In this document: positions 37,580 to 48,058 of the stretch, piece by piece
How the letters are laid out: the number at the start of each line of letters is the position of its first letter
How positions within the stretch are numbered: the first letter of the stretch is position 1
Virus record (IMG/VR): IMGVR_UViG_3300007609_000021
Location: 1 to 61,467 of that record
Length of the DNA: 61,467 nt
Strand: one strand, 5' to 3'
Origin: a virus
Taxonomy: Duplodnaviria; Caudoviricetes
The notes under the pieces: model-generated
Seen by the model: only the letters and a program-made list of their open reading frames with translations
Database searches by the model: none
What the model was told of the DNA's origin: nothing
Program-made: the position numbers and the translations under genes

Positions 37580-38962
37580 TTAGTTTAAGATCATGAAGTT
37601 ATTCGCTCCTTGAACTACTAAACATCTTTCAGATAAGTAGTGTACTTCCATTGCATCAAGATCAGATGTGAAAGCTCCTCCAACTGAACCAGTTGTCCAA
37701 GATTTCATTTTTCTGTCATCAGCCTCAGAAGCTCTGTAACGTACGTGTAAGAATGGTCTCTTGATGTTCTTACCTAATACTTTGTCATAAACAGTAGAAG
37801 TTCCAGCAGGTACTAAAACCCCTCTGATGTCTGTAACAAGTCCTCTAGTAGTAGCATCGTTTAAGTATTTCCAGTCAGTTTTGTAGAAGTCGTAAGAACC
37901 TCTTCTGAATCCAGAGAAACCTAAGTTAAGTGCCATATCTTCGCTGTTAGAGAATACTCCGTAAGAAGTACCACCTGCACCGTAAGAATTTTGAGCAGCA
38001 AGCATATCGTCAATGTTTAAAGAAACTTCTCTGTTTAAGAAAAGCATGTTCTCTTCAATTGCTCCTTGCTTGTCTAATTTCTTAAGGATTTCGTCAAAGT
38101 CAGATAAATCTTCAGCAGCGTCGTTTCCGTCAACTCCTGCAGTTACGTGGCCTCTATCTTGGATAGCAGCAAATAAACCTTCAGTTCCTGTTGCTCCTGC
38201 TCCTGCGGCACCAGATCCGCTTTCAGCGTTTTCTCCTTCTACAACAGCCATTTCTAAGTAATCTTCGAAACGAGTTCTTGTATCGCCTTCAGCTTTTAAG
38301 TACCATAAGTATCCAGACTGTCCAGACTCTCCAGTAATTTCAACCCATCCAATTTGTGATGCATCAGATCCAGATACCTCGTATTTGTCTTTGATGATGA
38401 TTGGTTGGTTAGTGAAAGATTGGAAAGATGGAGTAACAGCTCCTGACATTCCAGTAGTTCCTTTTGAGAACTCAGCACCGAATACGAATAAGTTTACAGA
38501 ACCGTCAGCAAAATCTGAATCAGTTGAGAAAGCAGCTTTGTCATATCTTTTAGCTGTAATAGTAGTTGCAGTAACTCCAGATACAAATGCTTTAACAGTT
38601 GTAGTTCCATCAGAAACAACGATTGTTTGGTTAGCACGTACAGCGTGTCCTGCAGATACAGTGATAACACCAGTTGAAGCAACTAATGCAGCTCCTTCGT
38701 AAGAAAGGTGTAATCTTCCTTGCTCTGACCACACTACTTGATCAGAAGTCATTGGCATTTCAGCACCTACCATACGTAAGAAAGAAGAAACAGTACGGTC
38801 ACCGTATCTTTCAACTTCTGCTTCGTATAATTCTGGTAAGTATTGCTGAGACCAGTCATTTTGCCCTCCTGTAAAAGAAAGGTAGTTAGTTGATAATGTT
38901 TGTTTAACTGGAGCTGGAACCGCGTTTAAGTTTGGTCCTCCAGTTGGAGTAATTGTAGCCAT
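37580..38962 (-). CDS. Major capsid protein
   Basis: 460 aa, follows portal and scaffold, strong codon bias, own terminator. Confidence 0.8.
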   Translation of the reverse strand: MATITPTGGPNLNAVPAPVKQTLSTNYLSFTGGQNDWSQQYLPELYEAEVERYGDRTVSSFLRMVGAEMPMTSDQVVWSEQGRLHLSYEGAALVASTGVITVSAGHAVRANQTIVVSDGTTTVKAFVSGVTATTITAKRYDKAAFSTDSDFADGSVNLFVFGAEFSKGTTGMSGAVTPSFQSFTNQPIIIKDKYEVSGSDASQIGWVEITGESGQSGYLWYLKAEGDTRTRFEDYLEMAVVEGENAESGSGAAGAGATGTEGLFAAIQDRGHVTAGVDGNDAAEDLSDFDEILKKLDKQGAIEENMLFLNREVSLNIDDMLAAQNSYGAGGTSYGVFSNSEDMALNLGFSGFRRGSYDFYKTDWKYLNDATTRGLVTDIRGVLVPAGTSTVYDKVLGKNIKRPFLHVRYRASEADDRKMKSWTTGSVGGAFTSDLDAMEVHYLSERCLVVQGANNFMILN

Positions 38963-38980
38963 TTTAAATTTTTTAAATGT

Positions 38981-40171
38981 TTATTTTCTAAGTTTAATTT
39001 TTAACTTAGAGCTGTCGTCACCAGTTATGGCTCTTACTTTCATTCCTCCGGTTTCTATAACGCCAGTTCCAGTTTTTCTAGGATCCATATTTACATTCTT
39101 AGAATCATTAGAAATTTCTTTAATGGCATCAGCTTTACCTTGTTCGTAAAAGTGAGTTGCTAAACTGTCAGCGTTGTTTGCAGCAAAAATAGCCTTGTGG
39201 TACCCAGTAGCGTCAGAGATCATATTATTTTCGTCTAAGAACTTACTTATGACATTATTAAGATCGCTTTGTACTTCTTTCGTTTTAGCCACATCATTAA
39301 CTTTAAACCTGTATTTGTTGCTTCCAACTTTGAAATCAAAACCTTTGAATTCTTCGTTAAAAACTTTTTCGGTTTGCTGTTTAAAATGATTAAACTGTTT
39401 TTCCTGAATCTGCTGTACTTCAGATTGCTCCTTGTTATATCGATTAAAAAAGTCTATTGCTTTTTGTTGCTCCGGAGCCAACTTTGAACCCAACTTGACT
39501 TCATCGTAGTATTTGCTCTTTTGAGTTTCTAAAAAGCTTTTAGCTTTTGCAACCTCTTCTTTATATGCGAGTTTTTTTCTTCGGATGTCTCGCTCCTCAT
39601 CTAAATCTTCGTCAAATTCAAAATTGTCTTCAATTAAGAAATCAATTTCTTCTTGATCTAAATGTGATTTAGTTTGTTTGTAATATTCTTTTAGTAACGC
39701 ATCAGAATCAACATTTGAAAAATCTTTGTTTAAATTAACATAGTCTTCTAATGTACCGCCTGTTTCATTCATAAAGTCTACAACTTTTTGAATATTTTCA
39801 GGAAGTTCAATTCCAGTGTCTTTTACTTCTTGAAGTACCTCTTTTTCTGTTACTTGTTCTTCTTCAATAGGTTTAGGCTCTTCTGTGTCTTCAATTAATT
39901 CTAAAGCAGATTCTTTTTCTTCTACTTCTTCATTAACTTCTTGCAATTTTTCTTCGGCTTGATCATCGATTTGCTCATTGGCTTCGATTTGCTCATTCCC
40001 TTGCTCTTCTTGTTGTACGGCATCTTCTTGCGTTTTAGGTTTACTTAAATCTACTTTGTAGACTCCGTCATCAGCTTTTGTATCTACTCCAGCTGCTTCG
40101 AGAACTTGTGTTTCTTTTTCTGCTGCTGTTGGTGTTTCATCAACAACAACTTTTGCGGTTTCTTCTGACAT
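38981..40171 (-). CDS. Putative scaffolding protein
   Basis: Very acidic coiled-coil protein between portal and capsid. Confidence 0.65.
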   Translation of the reverse strand: MSEETAKVVVDETPTAAEKETQVLEAAGVDTKADDGVYKVDLSKPKTQEDAVQQEEQGNEQIEANEQIDDQAEEKLQEVNEEVEEKESALELIEDTEEPKPIEEEQVTEKEVLQEVKDTGIELPENIQKVVDFMNETGGTLEDYVNLNKDFSNVDSDALLKEYYKQTKSHLDQEEIDFLIEDNFEFDEDLDEERDIRRKKLAYKEEVAKAKSFLETQKSKYYDEVKLGSKLAPEQQKAIDFFNRYNKEQSEVQQIQEKQFNHFKQQTEKVFNEEFKGFDFKVGSNKYRFKVNDVAKTKEVQSDLNNVISKFLDENNMISDATGYHKAIFAANNADSLATHFYEQGKADAIKEISNDSKNVNMDPRKTGTGVIETGGMKVRAITGDDSSKLKIKLRK

Positions 40172-40204
40172 GATATGATATTATATAAGTTATGCAGTAT
40201 GATT

Positions 40205-42622
40205 TTATCTTGGCTCAAACTGCCCTAAGCCAAATCCTCCTAGCGTATCAAATCCTGCGGATTCAAAATCTTTTGGAGCTTTATTATTTTTTCTTTGATC
40301 TATTAATTCTGATTGTTGAGAAGCTTGTAGTTTTGTTCTTTTATCTTTACGATCTTCTTTATACTTCTCTTTATCATTAATCACTTGTAAATCTAGCTGC
40401 TTAAGATCCTTATTAAGCTCATACTCATATTGCATAAGCTGTTTCTTAATTTCAGCCTCTTTTTCTAACATCTGTGCTTTTAATTCGTATTCCGCAGATG
40501 TGAGTTGAATTTTAGATTCCGTAATAGCTTGATTTTTTTGAACGTCTGCTTGTGCAGCGGCTTGCGCAGCTTGTGCGTTTGACTGCGATTGCATTTGGAT
40601 GTTCTCTTGTTGTAATTGCCTGTCTTGATCAAATTTCTTTTTACGTCTTACTTTTAATAATTGATTAGCTAACTTTAAGTTTTTAACTTCTCTAATATCA
40701 ATAGCATCTTCTAAGTATATTTGTTCTTTAGACAATGCCATTTGAATATTGTTTTCAAGTAACTGCTTCTCCTCGTCATCTGGCGATAATTCTAAGAATA
40801 TACCAAAATCGTGTAAGTGAAGTTTTGAAATTTCCTCAAGCGTACCAACATTAAATCTACCAATGCTCTGAATAAAGTTATTTCTTGTGTTTGAATTTTC
40901 AAGAACATCAGATATTCTAAGTGATATAGCTTCTGCGGTTTTTAATGTTAAATATAAACCTGCTTGTAATATGTGTCTTGTAGCAGTGTTTGAATTTGCT
41001 GCTGCAAGTTTTTGTAATCCAACTAAAGCGTTTGAATCAGGCGTAGAACCATCTCTTGCTTCGTTTAATCCTGTTACATCTCTTATCATTTGTAGATAGT
41101 AGTTGTAAGAATTAATTAAGCTTGATATTTTACTACCAGCAGAAGACGTTTGTAATTCTTGAATAGGTACTTTACCGTTATTAAAGTCTCCATCCTGCGT
41201 CATAGATCTACCAATAACCGAACCAGTTTGGAAATACATATTTAATGCTTCCTGCGGGCTGTAGTTTGTTCCGTTACCTAAATCTATTTCGGATAGTCCA
41301 TCGGCATCTAAATAAACACCGTCTGGTACCATTCTTGAAAGTACTTGTTGCAGTTTCAAATGCGTAATTTGAATCATATCTGCAAACGTAGTCATTCTAC
41401 TTACTAATGACTCGATTTGACCTTTATACATTCTAGGAGCTACAATATTGTAACTCATTTGAACTTTAGTAGTATCAGTCTTTGGCCTTGTCATATTTTC
41501 AGCAAGCTTCCATTCAAGTAATTTATTAGAACCAATAACTTTAGCTCCATTATATAGTACTTCAATAGATCTATTTACTTTTTCAAATCTTGCTCTATCA
41601 TCTTTAGGTGGATTAAAAGAATCATCTTTTTTAATAGCTTTTAAAGCCCCTGATGCTGTTTCTTTAACTTTGTATACTTGGTTCTTAAAAGTTTTCCATT
41701 CAAAGTATAATACGTATACATATGATTTATCCTGAACGTCAGCTGCAGCATAAGACTTATTATACATTAAAGACCCTGAGCCAGTGCCTTCAATTTCTTC
41801 TAAATCTTTTTGAGTTAACTCAGGATATTCTTTTTTAAGATCAGTTAAACTAACTCTTCTAACTTCGCCAACATAATATATATCGTCAAAATAAGGTGAC
41901 TCAGTGTACGAATAAACAATATCTGCAGGGTCTACATATTTAATTGTAATTCCTTCAGCAGTATTAAAGCTATTTTTAGAACATGCCATACCTATAACAG
42001 CAATGTCATAGTCTAACCTTTTCTTTAATAACTCGTATTTATTATGATCAAAAACATTGTTCAAAGCTTCTTCTGAAGCAATCTCAATTGCTTGCTTATA
42101 AGTAAGCTGCATATGAAGATTAAGTTCTTCTTCAGTTTCAGGAATGTCTTTCTTATCATTCTCCCTTACGTTAAGCCCAAGCTGTGCTTCTATTTGATCA
42201 GATATTTCACGAGATTGCATATCCCTAACTAAAGACTCTACATACTCAGTTCTTTTCTGAATAGAATTAGGATCTTGAGAGTATGCTTTAATATCATATG
42301 CTCTTTCGCCAATACCGTTAACAACGATGTCTACAAACTTAGGGATAATAGGTACAGGCTTCCAATCTAAGTTAAGATAAGACAAATCACCATTAATAGA
42401 TAATTCATCTTTATACTTTTGTATTGATTGCTCTCCTCTAGCATATAAGCGTAGTCTGTGAAAGTTGTCTCTGTTTGCATAGTAGCGTGCAGTTCCTGAA
42501 TCTCTTTTAAACCATTCCGACTCAATAGCCCTAGCAATTTCTAAACCGTATAGCTTAGAAGCTTTTTCTGAATCTGAAACCGCTTGGCTCGGGAATACAC
42601 CTCTTGGTAATACTTTTGACAT
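40205..42622 (-). CDS. Portal protein
   Basis: 805 aa directly after the terminase; PIIPKFVDIVV and IRDVTGLNEARDG motifs; C-terminal Gln-rich barrel helix. Confidence 0.85.
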   Translation of the reverse strand: MSKVLPRGVFPSQAVSDSEKASKLYGLEIARAIESEWFKRDSGTARYYANRDNFHRLRLYARGEQSIQKYKDELSINGDLSYLNLDWKPVPIIPKFVDIVVNGIGERAYDIKAYSQDPNSIQKRTEYVESLVRDMQSREISDQIEAQLGLNVRENDKKDIPETEEELNLHMQLTYKQAIEIASEEALNNVFDHNKYELLKKRLDYDIAVIGMACSKNSFNTAEGITIKYVDPADIVYSYTESPYFDDIYYVGEVRRVSLTDLKKEYPELTQKDLEEIEGTGSGSLMYNKSYAAADVQDKSYVYVLYFEWKTFKNQVYKVKETASGALKAIKKDDSFNPPKDDRARFEKVNRSIEVLYNGAKVIGSNKLLEWKLAENMTRPKTDTTKVQMSYNIVAPRMYKGQIESLVSRMTTFADMIQITHLKLQQVLSRMVPDGVYLDADGLSEIDLGNGTNYSPQEALNMYFQTGSVIGRSMTQDGDFNNGKVPIQELQTSSAGSKISSLINSYNYYLQMIRDVTGLNEARDGSTPDSNALVGLQKLAAANSNTATRHILQAGLYLTLKTAEAISLRISDVLENSNTRNNFIQSIGRFNVGTLEEISKLHLHDFGIFLELSPDDEEKQLLENNIQMALSKEQIYLEDAIDIREVKNLKLANQLLKVRRKKKFDQDRQLQQENIQMQSQSNAQAAQAAAQADVQKNQAITESKIQLTSAEYELKAQMLEKEAEIKKQLMQYEYELNKDLKQLDLQVINDKEKYKEDRKDKRTKLQASQQSELIDQRKNNKAPKDFESAGFDTLGGFGLGQFEPR

Positions 42623-44833
42623 CTATTTTATTATTTTTGAAAATGCTCCTTTGTTATCATACCTCGTAAAACCAAAGTTTAACTTTGTTGTTGTTTTAAC
42701 TGACTGAGGCATATATTTGTGTCTGTTACAAGCCATTATAGCTAATCCAGAACTTATAGCGGCATCAAACGCCGTTCTCTTATTTATATCAAATTTAGCC
42801 CAATCATTTAGGGTTCTATTAAAATATAATGTTCCGTAGTCACCGTTTTCAAAAGCTCCTACATAATCTTGTATATATGTTTCAATTGCAGCTGCGTGAG
42901 CTTGTTTTATATCTTCTGAAGAGTTTGGTATACCACCAATTTCTTTTTCAGCGGGTGATAGCTTTGCAGCTAACTTATCAGGCCTATTCATTGAAAACCC
43001 TCTATACCCTCTTCTTTTTATATAATACAGCAATCTTGGTTTGTTATTCTCTGCTAGTATTGGCATACCGTAAAATATTAATGCCATCAATACATCTTCA
43101 AAAAATATCTCCGCGGTTTGAGGTCTTGCAATATATTCTAAAAAGAAATGATGAGGTGGAACCCCTTCTGTCATAGAAAAAGTTGTTAACCCATGCAAAG
43201 CTCCCTTAGAACCTCTTCCGTCTGTTGTGCCGGATATGTCGTAACTATCACAACCAAAGGCTCCTAGGTCACTATTCCCTGGCGCTTTTGTACCATTTTT
43301 TATTATTACACGGTTTTGAAGGTTTAAAGGCGGAATCCAGGATATATTAAATCTACCGTTTTTGTCTGGATAGAATATAACCTTAGTGTCTTTTATACCA
43401 TTCTCCCAAGCAAAGTTTCCTTTTGTAACTACATTAGAAATACCAATGCCTTCGTTGTAATCTACTTGATCGTATATTTTTGTTAAATTAAAGATAGAGT
43501 TTTTAGCTTCATCTCTAAACGCGTGCTCTGTTGTTCTAGGGAACTGTCTGTAAAATTCATTTAAACCATCTTGATCAGATTTTAAACCTTCTACTTCGTT
43601 TTCCCAATGCTCTATAACACCTACATCTATGGTGTCACCGTAAGGCCCTTCAACTGCTTCTCCAGGCGTGTCGAAGACAGGTAGTCCATAAGTATCAATG
43701 AATCCTTCGTAGTTCCACTCCATAGGAATGAACAAAGAATATAATCCTGAGCTAGTCTGTCCATTGCGGTTTCTTTTAGTAACGTCTGATGATTCATAAA
43801 GCTTCTTAAAATTACTTCCTCCTTTATCTAATGCGTTTGATGTTGAACCCATCATACACTTGCCTATAATCCTACTACCAAGTCTTAAAGTTGTTTTTGT
43901 GACTCTCCAGTTGTTTAGTATATTATCAGGTCTTTCCCATTTTCCACTTTCATCATGCACAAGCATCTTAAGCTTTTCACCATCATAACTGTTGTCCCCT
44001 GTGTTTTTCCAGTCAATTGTCGTATCTAATCCCTCTAATGATTGTCTTTGTTCTTTTGACGTGATGGACTTTCTTGTAAGCTTACTAGCGGGGACACGGT
44101 AGGCGAGTTCCGTTTTAGGCCTGTCCATACCGTCTTGGATTGGTTTAAAAAAGAATGGGTAGTTGATGGATATAGGGACCACCTTGTCTGTAAACATCTT
44201 TTTTGCATCTCCTCCACTTTTAGATAATATTCCGAAGCGTGCATCACTTGAGATTGTAGCCTGATGTACTGTCTCTGCTGAGGACATAAAACTAAATCCT
44301 GACCTCCTATTTTTAAGGTAGCACATTCCGTAGCAGCGTTGATCTGCCTTGCAAGCTTCCCAGAATATAAAGAATAATCTATTGGCTTCACGAAAGTCTG
44401 GCTGCCCAACGTCAATCTTGGTCCACTGCAAGTACATATAGTGAGACCCAGTAACATAAACGTCAAATCCTTTATTCTTAAACCAAAAACCCTCATCCCT
44501 TCTTTTAAATTCTTCCTCTATATAATCAACCCATTTGCTTTTAAATTCATCCGGATATGTTTCCCAGTCAAATATAGTCTTAATACTTTTAAGCTCCTTA
44601 GGATACTCCTGTGGAGTCCAGCGATCGTGTTTGCTATACACGTTGCGAGCTTTTGGTAATGCAATGGTTAAATTTTGTATTTCGTATATATCACCAATCT
44701 CCCCGGTCTTGCTTATAACGATAATATCGTGCTCCGCATTGTACCCATACTTCCATGATTTAGATTTATTCAATCTTGATATCGTAGTATGCTTAATTGG
44801 TTCTACAACTTTAAATAATGTTTGCTCGTACAT
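42623..44833 (-). CDS. terL: Terminase large subunit
   Basis: KNRRSGFS Walker A, VHDESGKW Walker B, GSTSN, GCDSYD, AENNK and FDAAIS motifs. Confidence 0.9.
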   Translation of the reverse strand: MYEQTLFKVVEPIKHTTISRLNKSKSWKYGYNAEHDIIVISKTGEIGDIYEIQNLTIALPKARNVYSKHDRWTPQEYPKELKSIKTIFDWETYPDEFKSKWVDYIEEEFKRRDEGFWFKNKGFDVYVTGSHYMYLQWTKIDVGQPDFREANRLFFIFWEACKADQRCYGMCYLKNRRSGFSFMSSAETVHQATISSDARFGILSKSGGDAKKMFTDKVVPISINYPFFFKPIQDGMDRPKTELAYRVPASKLTRKSITSKEQRQSLEGLDTTIDWKNTGDNSYDGEKLKMLVHDESGKWERPDNILNNWRVTKTTLRLGSRIIGKCMMGSTSNALDKGGSNFKKLYESSDVTKRNRNGQTSSGLYSLFIPMEWNYEGFIDTYGLPVFDTPGEAVEGPYGDTIDVGVIEHWENEVEGLKSDQDGLNEFYRQFPRTTEHAFRDEAKNSIFNLTKIYDQVDYNEGIGISNVVTKGNFAWENGIKDTKVIFYPDKNGRFNISWIPPLNLQNRVIIKNGTKAPGNSDLGAFGCDSYDISGTTDGRGSKGALHGLTTFSMTEGVPPHHFFLEYIARPQTAEIFFEDVLMALIFYGMPILAENNKPRLLYYIKRRGYRGFSMNRPDKLAAKLSPAEKEIGGIPNSSEDIKQAHAAAIETYIQDYVGAFENGDYGTLYFNRTLNDWAKFDINKRTAFDAAISSGLAIMACNRHKYMPQSVKTTTKLNFGFTRYDNKGAFSKIIK

Positions 44834-45108
44834 TACTTACTTCTTTTTTCAGCAAAACCTTTAAAAGAAATCTGCTCCTCTTTAGGCTTGTCATCTAATA
44901 TATTCTTTTCGTCTTCAATTCTATTAAGTATTTCAAACGCGTCAAATATTGCTAATTTTTTTGTTGCCGCAGCCGACTTTAATCTATCAGCAGATAAATC
45001 ATCTTCAGTGTTTGTTATAATTTTTTCTTCGGCAACCTTTATTAATTCAGAAACAGCTTTATGGCCAGCTATTATAATATCTTCTTTTATTTCTTTTACG
45101 GTTTTCAT
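44833..45108 (-). CDS. Probable terminase small subunit
   Basis: Small helical protein coupled to terL. Confidence 0.5.
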   Translation of the reverse strand: MKTVKEIKEDIIIAGHKAVSELIKVAEEKIITNTEDDLSADRLKSAAATKKLAIFDAFEILNRIEDEKNILDDKPKEEQISFKGFAEKRSK

Positions 45109-45114
45109 ATTTAA

Positions 45115-45723
45115 TTAAATTAAAAATTTAAAAGGAGAATCATTTTTTCTTGATCCATTCAACCAAGATGTTAAAGTAGAATACTTAATACTATGCTTAT
45201 TACAAACATCTTTGGCGCAATTAAAAATTTCACCATTATCAGTATTAATAACTTTTTTTGCTTTTGGATGATTCGCTCCTCTTCTGTTTTCAGACCAATA
45301 TTTTTTTAATTTATCTGAATGAGTTTTGCCATACATTCCGTTATTTATGCCAGATACAGACTTCGCTCTTTGCTTTCTTGTTTTTTCTGAATGAAGTTGC
45401 CCTAAAGCACCATCTCCTCCGTCTGTCATATTGCATAAACAGCCTGTTTTTTTATCTATCCTTCCGTATAATGCAATAAATTCCTTTTCTTTTTCTTTAG
45501 CAAAATCCCAAGAAACATTATTAAATAATATTTCAACTCTATATTCTGTTTTACATGCTATGCTTTGCCAAAATTTACTTCTTCTTTTATTTCCCTTTTG
45601 ATAGGCTCTTTTTTCGTTCCTACCAATACCTATATAAAACGGTTCATTTTTATCAAGCCTTATATGCCTATATACTACGCAGCCAGCTGTTATGATATTC
45701 TGTTTCATTTCCTTTGCGGTCAT
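45115..45723 (-). mobile_element. Free-standing GIY-YIG/NUMOD homing endonuclease gene
   Basis: VYRH..FYIGIG, NMTDGGDG, NUMOD3-like HSEKT and GKTHSDK motifs, C-terminal HTH. Confidence 0.8.
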
Positions 45724-46270
45724 AGTGTATTGAAATTGATTTAAGTGGTACTCTATATAGTCTATTTCCGTCTATTATAAACTCATATTCAGAATGCGGT
45801 GTAAATCCAACTAATTGTTCTTTAGTAACAAATCCTGAATTATCGGTATACTTTACGATGCCTTTTAATGGTTCTTCTACGTCGGTAGATATTAAACCTT
45901 CATCTTCTTTTTTTATTGGAGCCACAAAACAGAATCCCGGTGTTGCAAACCATTCTTTGTTTTGTTTATGTAAAAATATTTGATCTATTGCACAGAAGTA
46001 AGTATCTTCTTTAAAATAGCTTTTACTATTTTTTTCATTTCCATGTACATCATAAAATCTTCTGAATATATTATGGTGCACTATAAGCCCGTCCCCTGGT
46101 TTTATATTTGTTTCAAACGCTAATGGAGTTGCTTTTACTATTGCTTCTCTGCTAACAAATTTATGGTCTTCAACAGATGTATTTAATACTAACTCTGTTC
46201 CGTCAATTTGTTTTGTGTTGTTATATCTTTTTTCTTTTGGCTGTACAATAAAATCTATTGGACTATTCAT
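45668..46270 (-). CDS. Tandem GroES-like fold protein
   Basis: FIVQP...AIVKATP...IKPGD and FVAPI...KGIVKY halves resemble the cpn10 fold. Confidence 0.55.
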   Translation of the reverse strand: MNSPIDFIVQPKEKRYNNTKQIDGTELVLNTSVEDHKFVSREAIVKATPLAFETNIKPGDGLIVHHNIFRRFYDVHGNEKNSKSYFKEDTYFCAIDQIFLHKQNKEWFATPGFCFVAPIKKEDEGLISTDVEEPLKGIVKYTDNSGFVTKEQLVGFTPHSEYEFIIDGNRLYRVPLKSISIHYDRKGNETEYHNSWLRSI

Positions 46271-46484
46271 AATCTAAATTAAATTCAACGCTTATACCCA
46301 TGTTCTTATTAAAAGATTTCCATGGTAATATATCATCACCTTTTTTGATATATATACAATACGCGTCGTTCTCTTCTATTATATCACAAATAATGTGTCC
46401 TCCGTAAACTTGTTGATTTAATTGATAGTGCATAGCGTCAACTTTATAGTCTCTACCTACACTTAATTTTCTAATTGTATTCAT
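46263..46484 (-). CDS. Hypothetical protein (73 aa)
   Basis: Coupled ORF. Confidence 0.65.
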   Translation of the reverse strand: MNTIRKLSVGRDYKVDAMHYQLNQQVYGGHIICDIIEENDAYCIYIKKGDDILPWKSFNKNMGISVEFNLDYE

Positions 46485-46495
46485 TTTATTTGATT

Positions 46496-46540
46496 TTAAG
46501 CAGTATATGTACCGCTTGATGTATAAGTTAGTATTGTGAT
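46496..46540 (-). pseudogene. Orphan 3-prime remnant of a Gly-rich tail gene (ITILTYTSSGTYTA-stop)
   Basis: Near copy of the end of gene 51006-52256 (DTILTYTGSGTYTA-stop); no start codon. Confidence 0.7.
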
Positions 46541-46543
46541 TTA

Positions 46544-46900
46544 CTATGGCTTTACTGGTCGTTCTACGTTTGGAAAATCTTGTTGAGATGGATAATCCCT
46601 GAGCTCTTGCCTGTATGTCATATAAGCAGCGTGCTGCGGATGGTCAGTTATAGGTACTAAATAATCAGTTGCTTTTAACTCAATGTCTCTCCAAGCTCTT
46701 TCTATAGTTGTAATTTCATCTAAAGATAATTTAGGAGGTGAAAATACTCCGTCAGAATAAGTGAATCCTATTGCCACCTCATTACTGCCTACCTTTGCTG
46801 TTTGTTGAGGTAATTTTTCTGCAAAATCATCTGATGCTATTATCAAATTTTCTACTTTACCCTCTTTTATTATAGCTATTAAATTTTCCATTTTATTCAT
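46544..46900 (-). CDS. Tail fibre assembly chaperone-like protein
   Basis: RAWRDIELKATD...YRQELRDYP motif. Confidence 0.7.
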   Translation of the reverse strand: MNKMENLIAIIKEGKVENLIIASDDFAEKLPQQTAKVGSNEVAIGFTYSDGVFSPPKLSLDEITTIERAWRDIELKATDYLVPITDHPQHAAYMTYRQELRDYPSQQDFPNVERPVKP

Positions 46901-47594
46901 ACCATTTGATTAGACAATATCCTGATGCTGCATTTACATTAACAGCTGAACCACTACCTGAATTAGCTTTAGGAGTATAAACTCCTGATCCTCCTGCACT
47001 ACCTCCTGCTCCAAAACCTTTATACCCTGATCCTGCCGCTGAGCTTACTGCTGATGCGTATTGAGAAGCGTTGGAGTAGGCGTATGCGTATTGAGAAGCG
47101 TAATACCCCCCTGTGTTATTCCAATATAAAGCACCTTCTCCCTGAGAAAGAGGACTTACTGTAGTGCTTGCGTTTACAGCCCTAGAGCTTACACTGCTAG
47201 ATGAAAATCCTCCTGCTCCTGATGTAAGTCTACCTATTGGATTATTTAATCCTGATCCTCCTAGAGCTGTAATATCTAAGCCTCCTGCCGATGATCCTGT
47301 AAAAATAGAATTACCACCATCAGCTCCATTAGATACACCTCCTGCGCCTATAGTCACCGTGCAATCTGTTAGTGAGTTAAGGTATGTCATTGTAGAAATA
47401 ACTTCTCCACCACATCCACCTTGTCCTGCACTTGCACCTCTTTCGCCGCCTCCTACTATGAATACCTCCACATAGCCTCCTGCATCAATTAAAGATTGAC
47501 TAGGAGTAAAAATTCCTGATGAGTTATACTCTTGGAATTTAGGGGTTAAACCTCCACCACTTCCTGATGGAAAAAAATCTGTTAAATTACTCAT
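46893..47594 (-). CDS. Gly-rich tail-associated protein
   Basis: VGGG..GGCGG and VTIGAGG motifs. Confidence 0.65.
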   Translation of the reverse strand: MSNLTDFFPSGSGGGLTPKFQEYNSSGIFTPSQSLIDAGGYVEVFIVGGGERGASAGQGGCGGEVISTMTYLNSLTDCTVTIGAGGVSNGADGGNSIFTGSSAGGLDITALGGSGLNNPIGRLTSGAGGFSSSSVSSRAVNASTTVSPLSQGEGALYWNNTGGYYASQYAYAYSNASQYASAVSSAAGSGYKGFGAGGSAGGSGVYTPKANSGSGSAVNVNAASGYCLIKWYE

Positions 47595-47598
47595 ATCT

Positions 47599-48048
47599 TT
47601 ATATTATTACCCAGCCTTTTGCTGCATTAGTGAAAATTAGTTCAAAGTTTCTTGCGGGATCATCTAAAGTTAAATCACTCGCTATCCCCATAATGTTACT
47701 CCCGTTTCTAGCTACAATGCAAGTCGCTACTGCGGATTGATTGCTTATCTTAACAGAGTCTCCTGCAACAGGTGATGCCGGTAAAGTTAGTGTTAAATCA
47801 GCAGTTAAAACATAAACAGTATCTTTTACCGCATTTGTGCTTGCTGATATTACCTGAGCATCATAGTTTAAAGATTCTAATCTATCAATCCATGAAAATG
47901 ATCCATCTCCATCAGAAAGCAAAACTTGCCCAGATGTTCCGTTTCCAGATACATTTAATTTTGCCGCGTCAACAGCATTGTCTGCTATTTTGCTGTTATG
48001 AACCGCTAGGTCTTTTAATACACTGTTTGATACTTTCGTTATTCCCAT
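47599..48048 (-). CDS. Small tail fibre-like protein
   Basis: GTSGQVLLSDGDGSFSW and TLTLPASPVAGD motifs. Confidence 0.65.
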   Translation of the reverse strand: MGITKVSNSVLKDLAVHNSKIADNAVDAAKLNVSGNGTSGQVLLSDGDGSFSWIDRLESLNYDAQVISASTNAVKDTVYVLTADLTLTLPASPVAGDSVKISNQSAVATCIVARNGSNIMGIASDLTLDDPARNFELIFTNAAKGWVII

Positions 48049-48058
48049 TGTTTATGTT

